Source of the DNA: Eledone cirrhosa
Lineage: Eukaryota
Length of the DNA: 64,000 bases
Assembly: GCA_964016885.1 (NCBI GenBank)
Contig: OZ024743.1
Span: 269,948,001 to 270,012,000 of the forward strand
Reading direction: 5' to 3'
Of this stretch, positions 13,201 to 24,300 are shown in pieces. The position numbers were made by a program, and so were the translations under genes. The notes beneath the pieces are model-generated. The model saw nothing but the letters and a program-made list of their open reading frames with translations, made no database searches and was not told the origin of the DNA. The stretch's first letter is position 1; each line of letters opens with the position of its first letter.

Positions 13201-14870
13201 GTGTTGGTAGTAGTGTTTGAGGTGGTGTTGATGTTAGTGGTGTTGGTAGTAGTGTTTGAGGTGGTGTTGATGTTAGTGGTGTTGATAGTAGTGTTTGAGG
13301 TGGTGTTGATGTTAGTGGTGTTGGTAGTAATGTTTGAGGTGGTGGTGGTGTTAGTGGTGTTGGTAGTAGTGTTTGAGGTGGTGTTGATGTTAGTGGTGTT
13401 GGCGGTAGTGTTTGGGGTGGTGTTTATGTTAGTGGTATTGGGGTAGTGTTTGAGGTGGTGTTGATGTTAGTGGTGTTGGTAGTAGTATTTGAGGTGGTGT
13501 TGATGTTAGTGGTGTTGGGAGTAGTGTTTGAGGTGGTGTTGATGTTAGTGGTGTTGGTAGTAGTCTTTGAGGTGGTGTTGATGTTAGTGGTGTTGGCGGT
13601 AGTGTTTGGGGTGGTGTTTATGTTAGTGGTATTGGGGTAGTGTTTGAGGTGGTGTTGATGTTAGTGGTGTTGGTAGTAGCATTTGAGGTGGTGTTGATGT
13701 TAGTGGTGTTGGGAGTAGTGTTTGAGGTGGTGTTGATGTTAGCGGTGTTGGTAGTAGTGTTTGACGTGGTGTTGATGTTAGTGGTATGGGGTAGTGTTTG
13801 GAGTGGTGTTGATGTTAATGGTGTTGGTAGTAGTGTTTGAGGTGGTGTTGATGTTAGTGGTGTTGGTAGTAGTGTTTGAGGAGGTGTTGATGTTAGTGGT
13901 GTTGGTAGTAGTGTTTGAGGTGGTGTTGATGTTAGTGGTGTTGGTAGTAGTGTTTGAGGTGGTGTTGACGTTAGTGGTGTTGGTAGTAGTGTTTGAGGTG
14001 GTGTTGATGTTAGCGGTGTTGGTAGTAGTGTTTGAGGTGGTATTGATGTTAGTGGTGTTGGTAGAAGTGTTTGAGGTGGTGTTGATGTTAGCGGTGTTGG
14101 TAGTAGTGTTTGACGTGGTGTTGATGTTAGTGGTATTGGGGTAGTGTTTGGAGTGGTGTTGATGTTAATGGTGTTGGTAGTAGTGTTTGAGGTGGTGTTG
14201 ATGTTAGTGGTGTTGGTAGTAGTGTTTGAGGTGGTGTTGATGTTAGCGGTGTTGGTAGTAGTGTTTGAGGTGGTGTTGATGTTAGTGGTGTTGGTAGTAG
14301 TGTTTGAGGTGGTGTTAATGTTAGTGGTGTTGGTAGTAGTGTTTGAGGTGGTGTTGATGTTAGCGGTGTTGGTAGTATTGTTTGAGGTGCTGTTGATGTT
14401 AGTGGTGTTGGTAGTAGTGTTTGAGGTGGTGTTGATGTTAGCGGTGTTGGTAGTAGTGTTTGACGTGGTGTTGATGTTAGTGGTATTGGGGTAGTGTTTG
14501 GAGTGGTGTTGATGTTAATGGTGTTGGTAGTAGTGTTTGAGGTGGTGTTGATGTTAGTGGTGTTGGTAGTAGTGTTTGAGGAGGTGTTGATGTTAGTGGT
14601 GTTGGTAGTAGTGTTTGAGGTGGTGTTGATGTTAGTGGTGTTGGTAGTAGTGTTTGAGGTGGTGTTAATGTTAGTGGTGTTGGTAGTAGTGTTTGAGGTG
14701 GTGTTGATGTTAGCGGTGTTGGTAGTATTGTTTGAGGTGCTGTTGATGTTAGTGGTGTTGGTAGAAGTGTTTGAGGTGGTGTTGATGTTAGTGGTGTTGG
14801 TAGTAGTGTTTGAGGTGGTGTTGATGTTAGCGGTGTTGGTAGTATTGTTTGAGGTGCTGTTGATGTTAGT
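10300..14870. repeat. Higher-order block duplication: ~10300-12150 copied at ~13020-14870 (offset 2719 bp)
   Basis: ORF landmarks 10464/10727/10921/11075/11425/11775 recur at 13183/13446/13640/13794/14144/14494. The copies share the rare variants TTTTAGG, GTCTTTG and GTAGCATTTG. 2719 = 70x39 - 11, which matches the summed -1/-2 monomers in between. Edges are approximate. Confidence 0.9.
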
Positions 14871-14879
14871 GGTGTTGGT

Positions 14880-17800
14880 AGTAGTGTTTGAGGTGGTGTT
14901 GATGTTAGTGGTGTTGGTAGTAGTGTTTGAGGTGGTGTTGATGTTAGTGGTGTTGGTAGTAGTTTTTGAGGTGGTGTTGATGTTAGTGGTGTTGGTAGTA
15001 GTGTTTGAGGTGGTGTTGATGTTAGTGGTGTTGGTGGTAGTGTTTGAGGTGGTGTTGATGTTAGCGGTGTTGGTAGTAGTGTTTGAGGTGGTTTTGATGT
15101 TAGTGTTGTTGGTAGTAGTGTTTGAGGAGGTGTTGATGTTAGTGTTGTTGGTAGTAGTGTTTGAGGTGGTGTTGATGTTAGTGGTGTTGGTAGTAGTGTT
15201 TGAGGAGGTGTTGATGTTAGTGTTGTTGGTAGTAGTGTTTGAGGTGGTGTTGATGTTATTGGTGTTGGTAGTAGTGTTTGAGGTGGTGTTGATGTTAGTG
15301 GTGTTGGTAGTAGTGTTTGAGGAGGTGTTGATGTTAGTGTTGTTGGTAGTAGTGTTTGAGGTGGTGTTGATGTTAGTGGTGTTGGTAGTAGTGTTTGAGG
15401 TGGTGTTGATGTTAGTGGTGTTGGTAGTAGTGTTTGAGGTGGTGTTGGTGTGAGAGGTGTTGGTAGTAGTGTTTGAGGTGGTGTTGATGTTAGTGGTGTT
15501 GGTAGTAGTGTTTGAGGTGGTGTTGATGTTAGTGGTGTTGGTAGTAGTGTTTGAGGTGGTGTTGATGTTAGTGTTGTTGGTAGTAGTGTTTGAGGTGGTG
15601 TTGATGTTAGTGGTGTTGGTAGTAGTGTTTGAGGTGGTGTTGATGTTAGTGGTGTTGGTAGTAGTGTTTGAGGTGGTGTTGATGTTAGTGGTGTTGGTAG
15701 TAGTGTTTGAGGTGGTGTTGGTGTGAGAGGTGTTGGTAGTAGTGTTTGAGGTGGTGTTGATGTTAGTGGAGTTGGTAGTAGTGTTTGAGGTGGTGTTGAT
15801 GTTAGTGGTGTTGGTAGTAGTGTTTGAGGAGGTGTTGATGTTAGTGTTGTTGGTAGTAGTGTTTGAGGTGGTGTTTATGTTAGTGGTGTTGGTAGTAGTG
15901 TTTGAGGTGGTGTTGGTGTGAGAGGTGTTGGTAGTAGTGTTTGAGGTGGTGTTGATGTTAGTGGAGTTGGTAGTAGTGTTTGAGGTGGTGTTGATGTTAG
16001 TGGTGTTGGTAGTAGTGTTTGAGGAGGTGTTGATGTTAGTGTTGTTGGTAGTAGTGTTTGAGGTGGTGTTGATGTTAGTGGTGTTGGTAGTAGTGTTTGA
16101 GGTGGTGTTGATGTTAGTGGTGTTGGTAGTAGTGTTTGAGGAGGTGTTGATGTTAGTGTTGTTGGTAGTAGTGTTTGAGGTGGTGTTGATGTTAGTGGTG
16201 TTGGTAGTAGTGTTTGAGGTGGTGTTGATGTTAGTGGTGTTGGTAGTAGTGTTTGAGGTGGTGTTGGTGTGAGAGGTGTTGGTAGTAGTGTTGGAGGTGG
16301 TGTTGATGTTAGTGGAGTTGGTAGTAGTGTTTGAGGTGGTGTTGATGTTAGTGGTGTTGGTAGGTAGTATTTGAGGTGGTGTTGATGTTAGTGGTGTTGG
16401 TAGTAGTATTTGAGGTGGTGTTGATGTTAGTGGTGTTGGCGGTAGTGTTTGGGGTGGTGATGATGTTAGTGGTGTTGGTAGTAATGTTTGAGGTGGTGTT
16501 GATGTTAGTGGTGTTGGTAGTAGTGTTTGAGGAGGTGTTGATGTTAGTGGTGTTGGTAGTAGTGTTTGAGGTGGTGTTGATGTTAGTGGTGTTGGTGGTA
16601 GCGTTTGAGGTGGTGTTGATGTTAGTGGTGTTGGTAGTAGTGTTTGAGGTGGTGTTGATGTTAGCGGTGTTGGTAGTAGTGTTTGAGGTGGTGTTGATGT
16701 TAGTGGTGTTGGTAGTAGTGTTTGAGGTGGTGTTGATGTTAGTGGTGTTGGTAGTAGTGTTTGAGGTGGTGTTGATGTTAGTGGTGTTGGTAGTAGTTTT
16801 TGAGGTGGTGTTGATGTTAGTGGTGTTGGTAGTAGTGTTTGAGGTGGTGTTGATGTTAGTGGTGTTGGTGGTAGTGTTTGAGGTGGTGTTGATGTTAGCG
16901 GTGTTGGTAGTAGTGTTTGAGGTGGTTTTGATGTTAGTGTTGTTGGTAGTAGTGTTTGAGGAGGTGTTGATGTTAGTGTTGTTGGTAGTAGTGTTTGAGG
17001 TGGTGTTGATGTTAGTGGTGTTGGTAGTAGTGTTTGAGGAGGTGTTGATGTTAGTGTTGTTGGTAGTAGTGTTTGAGGTGGTGTTGATGTTATTGGTGTT
17101 GGTAGTAGTGTTTGAGGTGGTGTTGATGTTAGTGGTGTTGGTAGTAGTGTTTGAGGAGGTGTTGATGTTAGTGTTGTTGGTAGTAGTGTTTGAGGTGGTG
17201 TTGATGTTAGTGGTGTTGGTAGTAGTGTTTGAGGTGGTGTTGATGTTAGTGGTGTTGGTAGTAGTGTTTGAGGTGGTGTTGGTGTGAGAGGTGTTGGTAG
17301 TAGTGTTTGAGGTGGTGTTGATGTTAGTGGTGTTGGTAGTAGTGTTTGAGGTGGTGTTGATGTTAGTGGTGTTGGTAGTAGTGTTTGAGGTGGTGTTGAT
17401 GTTAGTGTTGTTGGTAGTAGTGTTTGAGGTGGTGTTGATGTTAGTGGTGTTGGTAGTAGTGTTTGAGGTGGTGTTGATGTTAGTGGTGTTGGTAGTAGTG
17501 TTTGAGGTGGTGTTGATGTTAGTGGTGTTGGTAGTAGTGTTTGAGGTGGTGTTGGTGTGAGAGGTGTTGGTAGTAGTGTTTGAGGTGGTGTTGATGTTAG
17601 TGGAGTTGGTAGTAGTGTTTGAGGTGGTGTTGATGTTAGTGGTGTTGGTAGTAGTGTTTGAGGAGGTGTTGATGTTAGTGTTGTTGGTAGTAGTGTTTGA
17701 GGTGGTGTTGATGTTAGTGGTGTTGGTAGTAGTGTTTGAGGTGGTGTTGGTGTGAGAGGTGTTGGTAGTAGTGTTTGAGGTGGTGTTGATGTTAGTGGAG

Positions 17801-18330
17801 TTGGTAGTAGTGTTTGAGGTGGTGTTGATGTTAGTGGTGTTGGTAGTAGTGTTTGAGGAGGTGTTGATGTTAGTGTTGTTGGTAGTAGTGTTTGAGGTGG
17901 TGTTGATGTTAGTGGTGTTGGTAGTAGTGTTTGAGGTGGTGTTGATGTTAGTGGTGTTGGTAGTAGTGTTTGAGGAGGTGTTGATGTTAGTGTTGTTGGT
18001 AGTAGTGTTTGAGGTGGTGTTGATGTTAGTGGTGTTGGTAGTAGTGTTTGAGGTGGTGTTGATGTTAGTGGTGTTGGTAGTAGTGTTTGAGGTGGTGTTG
18101 GTGTGAGAGGTGTTGGTAGTAGTGTTGGAGGTGGTGTTGATGTTAGTGGAGTTGGTAGTAGTGTTTGAGGTGGTGTTGATGTTAGTGGTGTTGGTAGTAG
18201 TATTTGAGGTGGTGTTGATGTTAGTGGTGTTGGTAGTAGTATTTGAGGTGGTGTTGATGTTAGTGGTGTTGGCGGTAGTGTTTGGGGTGGTGATGATGTT
18301 AGTGGTGTTGGTAGTAATGTTTGAGGTGGT
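14880..18330. repeat. Near-tandem block duplication, offset 1834 bp, marked by TTGGTGTGAGAGG and TTAGTGTTGTTG variants
   Basis: ORFs 15457/15730/15925 recur at 17291/17564/17759. 1834 = 47x39 + 1, and the extra base is the inserted G at ~16363. Edges are approximate. Confidence 0.9.
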
Positions 18331-18399
18331 GTTGATGTTAGTGGTGTTGGCGGTAGTGTTTGGGGTGGTGTTTATGTTAGTGGTATTGGGGTAGTGTTT

Positions 18400-21300
18400 G
18401 AGGTGGTGTTGATGTTAGTGGTGTTGGTAGTAGTATTTGAGGTGGTGTTGATGTTAGTGGTGTTGGGAGTAGTGTTTGAGGTGGTGTTGATGTTAGCGGT
18501 ATGGGGTAGTGTTTGGAGTGGTGTTGATGTTAATGGTGTTGGTAGTAGTGTTTGAGGTGGTGTTGATGTTAGTGGTGTTGGTAGTAGTGTTTGAGGAGGT
18601 GTTGACGTCAGTGGTGTTGGTAGTAGTGTTTGAGGTGGTGTTGATGTTAGTGGTGTTGGTAGTAGTGTTTGAGGTGGTGTTGACGTTAGTGGTGTTGGTA
18701 GTAGTGTTTGAGGTGGTGTTGATGTTAGCGGTGTTGGTAGTAGTGTTTGAGGTGGTATTGACGTTAGCGGTGTTGGCAGTAGTGTTTGAGGTGGTGTTGA
18801 TGTTAGCGGTGTTGGTAGTAGTGTTTGAGGTGGTATTGATGTTAGCGGTGTTGGTAGTAGTGTTTGAGGTGGTGTTGATGTTAGTGGTGTTGGTAGTAGT
18901 GTTTGAGGTGGTGTTAATGTTAGTGGTGTTGGTAGTAGTGTTTGAGGTGGTGTTGATGTTAGTGGTGTTGGTAGTAGTGTTTGAGGAGGTGTTGATGTTA
19001 GTGGTGTTGGTAGTAGTGTTTGAGGTGGTGTTGATGTTAGTGGTGTTGGTAGTAGTGTTTGAGGTGGTGTTAATGTTTGTGGTGTTGGTAGTAGTGTTTG
19101 AGGTGGTGTTGATGTTAGCGGTGTTGGTAGTAGTGTTTGAGGTGCTGTTGATGTTAGTGGTGTTGGTAGTAGTGTTTGAGGTGGTGTTGATGTTAGTGGT
19201 GTTGGTAGTAGTGTTTGAGGTGCTGTTGATGTTAGTGGTGTTGGTAGTAGTGTTTGAGGTGGTGTTAATGTTAGTGGTGTTGGTAGTAGTGTCTGAGGTG
19301 GTGCTGATGTTAGTGGTGTTGGTAGTATTGTTTGAGGTGCTGTTGATGTTAGTGGTGTTGGTAGTAGTGTTTGAGGTGGTGTTGATGTTAGCGGTGTTGG
19401 TAGTAGTGTTTGACATGGTGTTGATGTTAGTGGCATTGGGGTAGTGTTTGGAGTGGTGTTGATGTTAATGGTGTTGGTAGTAGTGTTTGAGGTGGTGTTG
19501 ATGTTAGTGGTGTTGGTAGTAGTGTTTGAGTTGGTGTTGATGTTAGTGGTGTTGGTAGTAGTGTTTGAGGTGGTGTTGATGTTAGTGGTGTTGGTAGTAG
19601 TGTTTGAGGTGGTGTTGATGTTAGTGGTGTTGGTAGTAGTGTTTGAGGAGGTGTTGATGTTAGTGGTGTTGGTAGTAGTGTTTGAGGAGGTGTTGATGTT
19701 AGTAGTGTTGGTAGTAGTGTTTGAGGTGGTGTTGATTTTAGTGGTGTTGGTAGTAGTGTTTGAGGAGGTGTTGATGTTAGTGGTGTTGGTAGTAGTGTTT
19801 GAGGTGGTGTTGATGTTAGTGGTGTTGGCAGTAGTGTTTGAGGTGGTGTTGATGTTAGCGGTGTTGGTAGTAGTGTTTGAGGTGGTGTTGATGTTAGTGG
19901 TGTTGGTAGTAGTGTTAGGTGGTGTTGATGTTAGTGGTGTTGGTAGTAGTGTTTGAGGTGGTGTTGATGTTAGTGGTGTTGGTAGTTGTGTTTGAGGAGG
20001 TGTTGATGTTAGTAGTGTTGGTAGTAGTGTTTGAGGTGGTGTTGATGTTAGTGGTGTTGGTAGTAGTGTTTGAGGAGGTGTTGATGTTAGTGGTGTTGGT
20101 AGTAGTGTTTGAGGTGGTGTTGATGTTAGTGGTGTTGGCAGTAGTGTTTGAGGTGGTGTTGATGTTAGCGGTGTTGGTAGTAGTGTTTGAGGTGGTGTTG
20201 ATGTTAGTGGTGTTGGTAGTAGTGTTAGGTGGTGTTGATGTTAGTGGTGTTGGTAGTAGTATTTGAGGTGGTGTTGATGTTAGTGGTGTTGGCGGTAGTG
20301 TTTGGGGTGGTGTTGATGTTAGTGGTGTTGGTAGTAGTGTTTGAGGTGGTGTTGATGTTAGTGGTGTTGATGTTAGTGGTGTTGGTAGTAGTATTTGAGG
20401 TGGTGTTGATGTTAGTGGTGTTGGGAGTAGTGTTTGAGGTGGTGTTGATGTTAGCGGTATGGGGTAGTGTTTGGAGTGGTGTTGATGTTAATGGTGTTGG
20501 TAGTAGTGTTTGAGGTGGTGTTGATGTTAGTGGTGTTGGTAGTAGTGTTTGAGGAGGTGTTGACGTCAGTGGTGTTGGTAGTAGTGTTTGAGGTGGTGTT
20601 GATGTTAGTGGTGTTGGTAGTAGTGTTTGAGGTGGTGTTGACGTTAGTGGTGTTGGTAGTAGTGTTTGAGGTGGTGTTGATGTTAGCGGTGTTGGTAGTA
20701 GTGTTTGAGGTGGTATTGACGTTAGCGGTGTTGGCAGTAGTGTTTGAGGTGGTGTTGATGTTAGCGGTGTTGGTAGTAGTGTTTGAGGTGGTATTGATGT
20801 TAGCGGTGTTGGTAGTAGTGTTTGAGGTGGTGTTGATGTCAGTGGTGTTGGTAGTAGTGTTTGAGGTGGTGTTAATGTTAGTGGTGTTGGTAGTAGTGTT
20901 TGAGGTGGTGTTGATGTTAGTGGTGTTGGTAGTAGTGTTTGAGGAGGTGTTGATGTTAGTGGTGTTGGTAGTAGTGTTTGAGGTGGTGTTGATGTTAGTG
21001 GTGTTGGTAGTAGTGTTTGAGGTGGTGTTAATGTTTGTGGTGTTGGTAGTAGTGTTTGAGGTGGTGTTGATGTTAGCGGTGTTGGTAGTAGTGTTTGAGG
21101 TGCTGTTGATGTTAGTGGTGTTGGTAGTAGTGTTTGAGGTGGTGTTGATGTTAGTGGTGTTGGTAGTAGTGTTTGAGGTGCTGTTGATGTTAGTGGTGTT
21201 GGTAGTAGTGTTTGAGGTGGTGTTAATGTTAGTGGTGTTGGTAGTAGTGTCTGAGGTGGTGCTGATGTTAGTGGTGTTGGTAGTATTGTTTGAGGTGCTG

Positions 21301-24300
21301 TTGATGTTAGTGGTGTTGGTAGTAGTGTTTGAGGTGGTGTTGATGTTAGCGGTGTTGGTAGTAGTGTTTGACATGGTGTTGATGTTAGTGGTATTGGGGT
21401 AGTGTTTGGAGTGGTGTTGATGTTAATGGTGTTGGTAGTAGTGTTTGAGGTGGTGTTGATGTTAGTGGTGTTGGTAGTAGTGTTTGAGGTGGTGTTGATG
21501 TTAGTGGTGTTGGTAGTAGTGTTTGAGGAGGTGTTGATGTTAGTGGTGTTGGTAGTAGTGTTTGAGGAGGTGTTGATGTTAGTAGTGTTGGTAGTAGTGT
21601 TTGAGGTGGTGTTGATTTTAGTGGTGTTGGTAGTAGTGTTTGAGTTGGTGTTGATGTTAGTGGTGTTGGTAGTAGTGTTTGAGGTGGTGTTGATGTTAGT
21701 GGTGTTGGTAGTAGTGTTTGAGGTGGTGTTGATGTTAGTGGTGTTGGTAGTAGTGTTTGAGGAGGTGTTGATGTTAGTGGTGTTGGTAGTAGTGTTTGAG
21801 GAGGTGTTGATGTTAGTAGTGTTGGTAGTAGTGTTTGAGGTGGTGTTGATTTTAGTGGTGTTGGTAGTAGTGTTTGAGGAGGTGTTGATGTTAGTGGTGT
21901 TGGTAGTAGTGTTTGAGGTGGTGTTGATGTTAGTGGTGTTGGCAGTAGTGTTTGAGGTGGTGTTGATGTTAGCGGTGTTGGTAGTAGTGTTTGAGGTGGT
22001 GTTGATGTTAGTGGTGTTGGTAGTAGTGTTAGGTGGTGTTGATGTTAGTGGTGTTGGTAGTAGTGTTTGAGGTGGTGTTGATGTTAGTGGTGTTGGTAGT
22101 TGTGTTTGAGGAGGTGTTGATGTTAGTAGTGTTGGTAGTAGTGTTTGAGGTGGTGTTGATGTTAGTGGTGTTGGTAGTAGTGTTTGAGGAGGTGTTGATG
22201 TTAGTGGTGTTGGTAGTAGTGTTTGAGGTGGTGTTGATGTTAGTGGTGTTGGCAGTAGTGTTTGAGGTGGTGTTGATGTTAGCGGTGTTGGTAGTAGTGT
22301 TTGAGGTGGTGTTGATGTTAGTGGTGTTGGTAGTAGTGTTAGGTGGTGTTGATGTTAGTGGTGTTGGTAGTAGTATTTGAGGTGGTGTTGATGTTAGTGG
22401 TGTTGGCGGTAGTGTTTGGGGTGGTGTTGATGTTAGTGGTGTTGGTAGTAGTGTTTGAGGTGGTGTTGATGTTAGTGGTGTTGATGTTAGTGGTGTTGGT
22501 AGTAGTATTTGAGGTGGTGTTGATGTTAGTGGTGTTGGGAGTAGTGTTTGAGGTGGTGTTGATGTTAGCGGTGTTGGTAGTAGTGTTTGACGTGGTGTTG
22601 ATGTTAGTGGTATGGGGTAGTGTTTGGAGTGGTGTTGATGTTAATGGTGTTGGTAGTAGTGTTTGAGGTGGTGTTGATGTTAGTGGTGTTGGTAGTAGTG
22701 TTTGAGGAGGTGTTGACGTTAGTGGTGTTGGTAGTAGTGTTTGAGGTGGTGTTGATGTTAGTGGTGTTGGTAGTAGTGTTTGAGGTGGTGTTGACGTTAG
22801 TGGTGTTGGTAGTAGTGTTTGAGGTGGTGTTGATGTTAGCGGTGTTGGTAGTAGTGTTTGAGGTGGTATTGATGTTAGCGGTGTTGGTAGTAGTGTTTGA
22901 GGTGGTGTTGATGTTAGTGGTGTTGGTAGTAGTGTTTGAGGTGGTGTTAATGTTAGTGGTGTTGGTAGTAGTGTTTGAGGTGGTGTTGATGTTAGTGGTG
23001 TTGGTAGTAGTGTTTGAGGAGGTGTTGATGTTAGTGGTGTTGGTAGTAGTGTTTGAGGTGGTGTTGATGTTAGTGGTGTTGGTAGTAGTGTTTGAGGTGG
23101 TGTTAATGTTAGTGGTGTTGGTAGTAGTGTTTGAGGTGGTGTTGATGTTAGTGGTGTTGGTAGTAGTGTTTGAGGTGGTGTTGATGTTAGTGGTGTTGGT
23201 AGTAGTGTTTGAGGTGGTGTTAATGTTAGTGGTGTTGGTAGTATTGTTTGAGGTGTGTAGATGTTAGTGGTGTTGGTAGTAGTGTCTTGAGGTGTGCTGA
23301 TGTTAGCGGTGTTGGTAGTAGTGTTTGAGGTGCTGTGATTGTGTTGTCGTGAGGTAGTAGTGTTTGAGTGGTGATGTTAGAGTGTGTAGTTGATGTTGAG
23401 TAGGTGTTGATGTTAATGGTGTTGGTAGTAGTGTTTGAGGTGGTGTTGATGTTAGTGGTGTTGGTAGTAGTGTTTGAGGTGGTGTTGATGTTAGTGGTGT
23501 TGGTAGTAGTGTTTGAGGTGGTGTTGATGTTAGTGGTGTTGGTAGTAGTGTTTGAGGTGGTGTTGATGTTAGTGGTGTTGGTAGTAGTGTTTGAGGAGGT
23601 GTTGATGTTAGTGGTGTTGGTAGTAGTGTTTGAGGAGGTGTTGATGTTAGTAGTGTTGGTAGTAGTGTTTGAGGTGGTGTTGATGTTAGTGGTGTTGGTA
23701 GTAGTGTTTGAGGTGGTGTTGATGTTAGTGGTGTTGGTAGTAGTGTTTGAGGTGGTGTTGGTGTGAGAGGTGTTGGTAGTAGTGTTGGAGGTGGTGTTGA
23801 TGTTAGTGGAGTTGGTAGTAGTGTTTGAGGTGGTGTTGATGTTAGTGGTGTTGGTAGTAGTATTTGAGGTGGTGTTGATGTTAGTGGTGTTGGTAGTAGT
23901 ATTTGAGGTGGTGTTGATGTTAGTGGTGTTGGCGGTAGTGTTTGGGGTGGTGATGATGTTAGTGGTGTTGGTAGTAATGTTTGAGGTGGTGTTGATGTTA
24001 GTGGTGTTGGCGGTAGTGTTTGGGGTGGTGTTTATGTTAGTGGTATTGGGGTAGTGTTTGAGGTGGTGTTGATGTTAGTGGTGTTGGTAGTAGTATTTGA
24101 GGTGGTGTTGATGTTAGTGGTGTTGGGAGTAGTGTTTGAGGTGGTGTTGATGTTAGCGGTATGGGGTAGTGTTTGGAGTGGTGTTGATGTTAATGGTGTT
24201 GGTAGTAGTGTTTGAGGTGGTGTTGATGTTAGTGGTGTTGGTAGTAGTGTTTGAGGAGGTGTTGACGTCAGTGGTGTTGGTAGTAGTGTTTGAGGTGGTG

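Noticed and set aside
16355-16372. Single +1 G insertion (TTGGTAGGTAGTATT)
   Set aside because: It is a singleton absent from the paralogs at ~18190 and ~23850. It is a private mutation or base-call error with no interpretable function.
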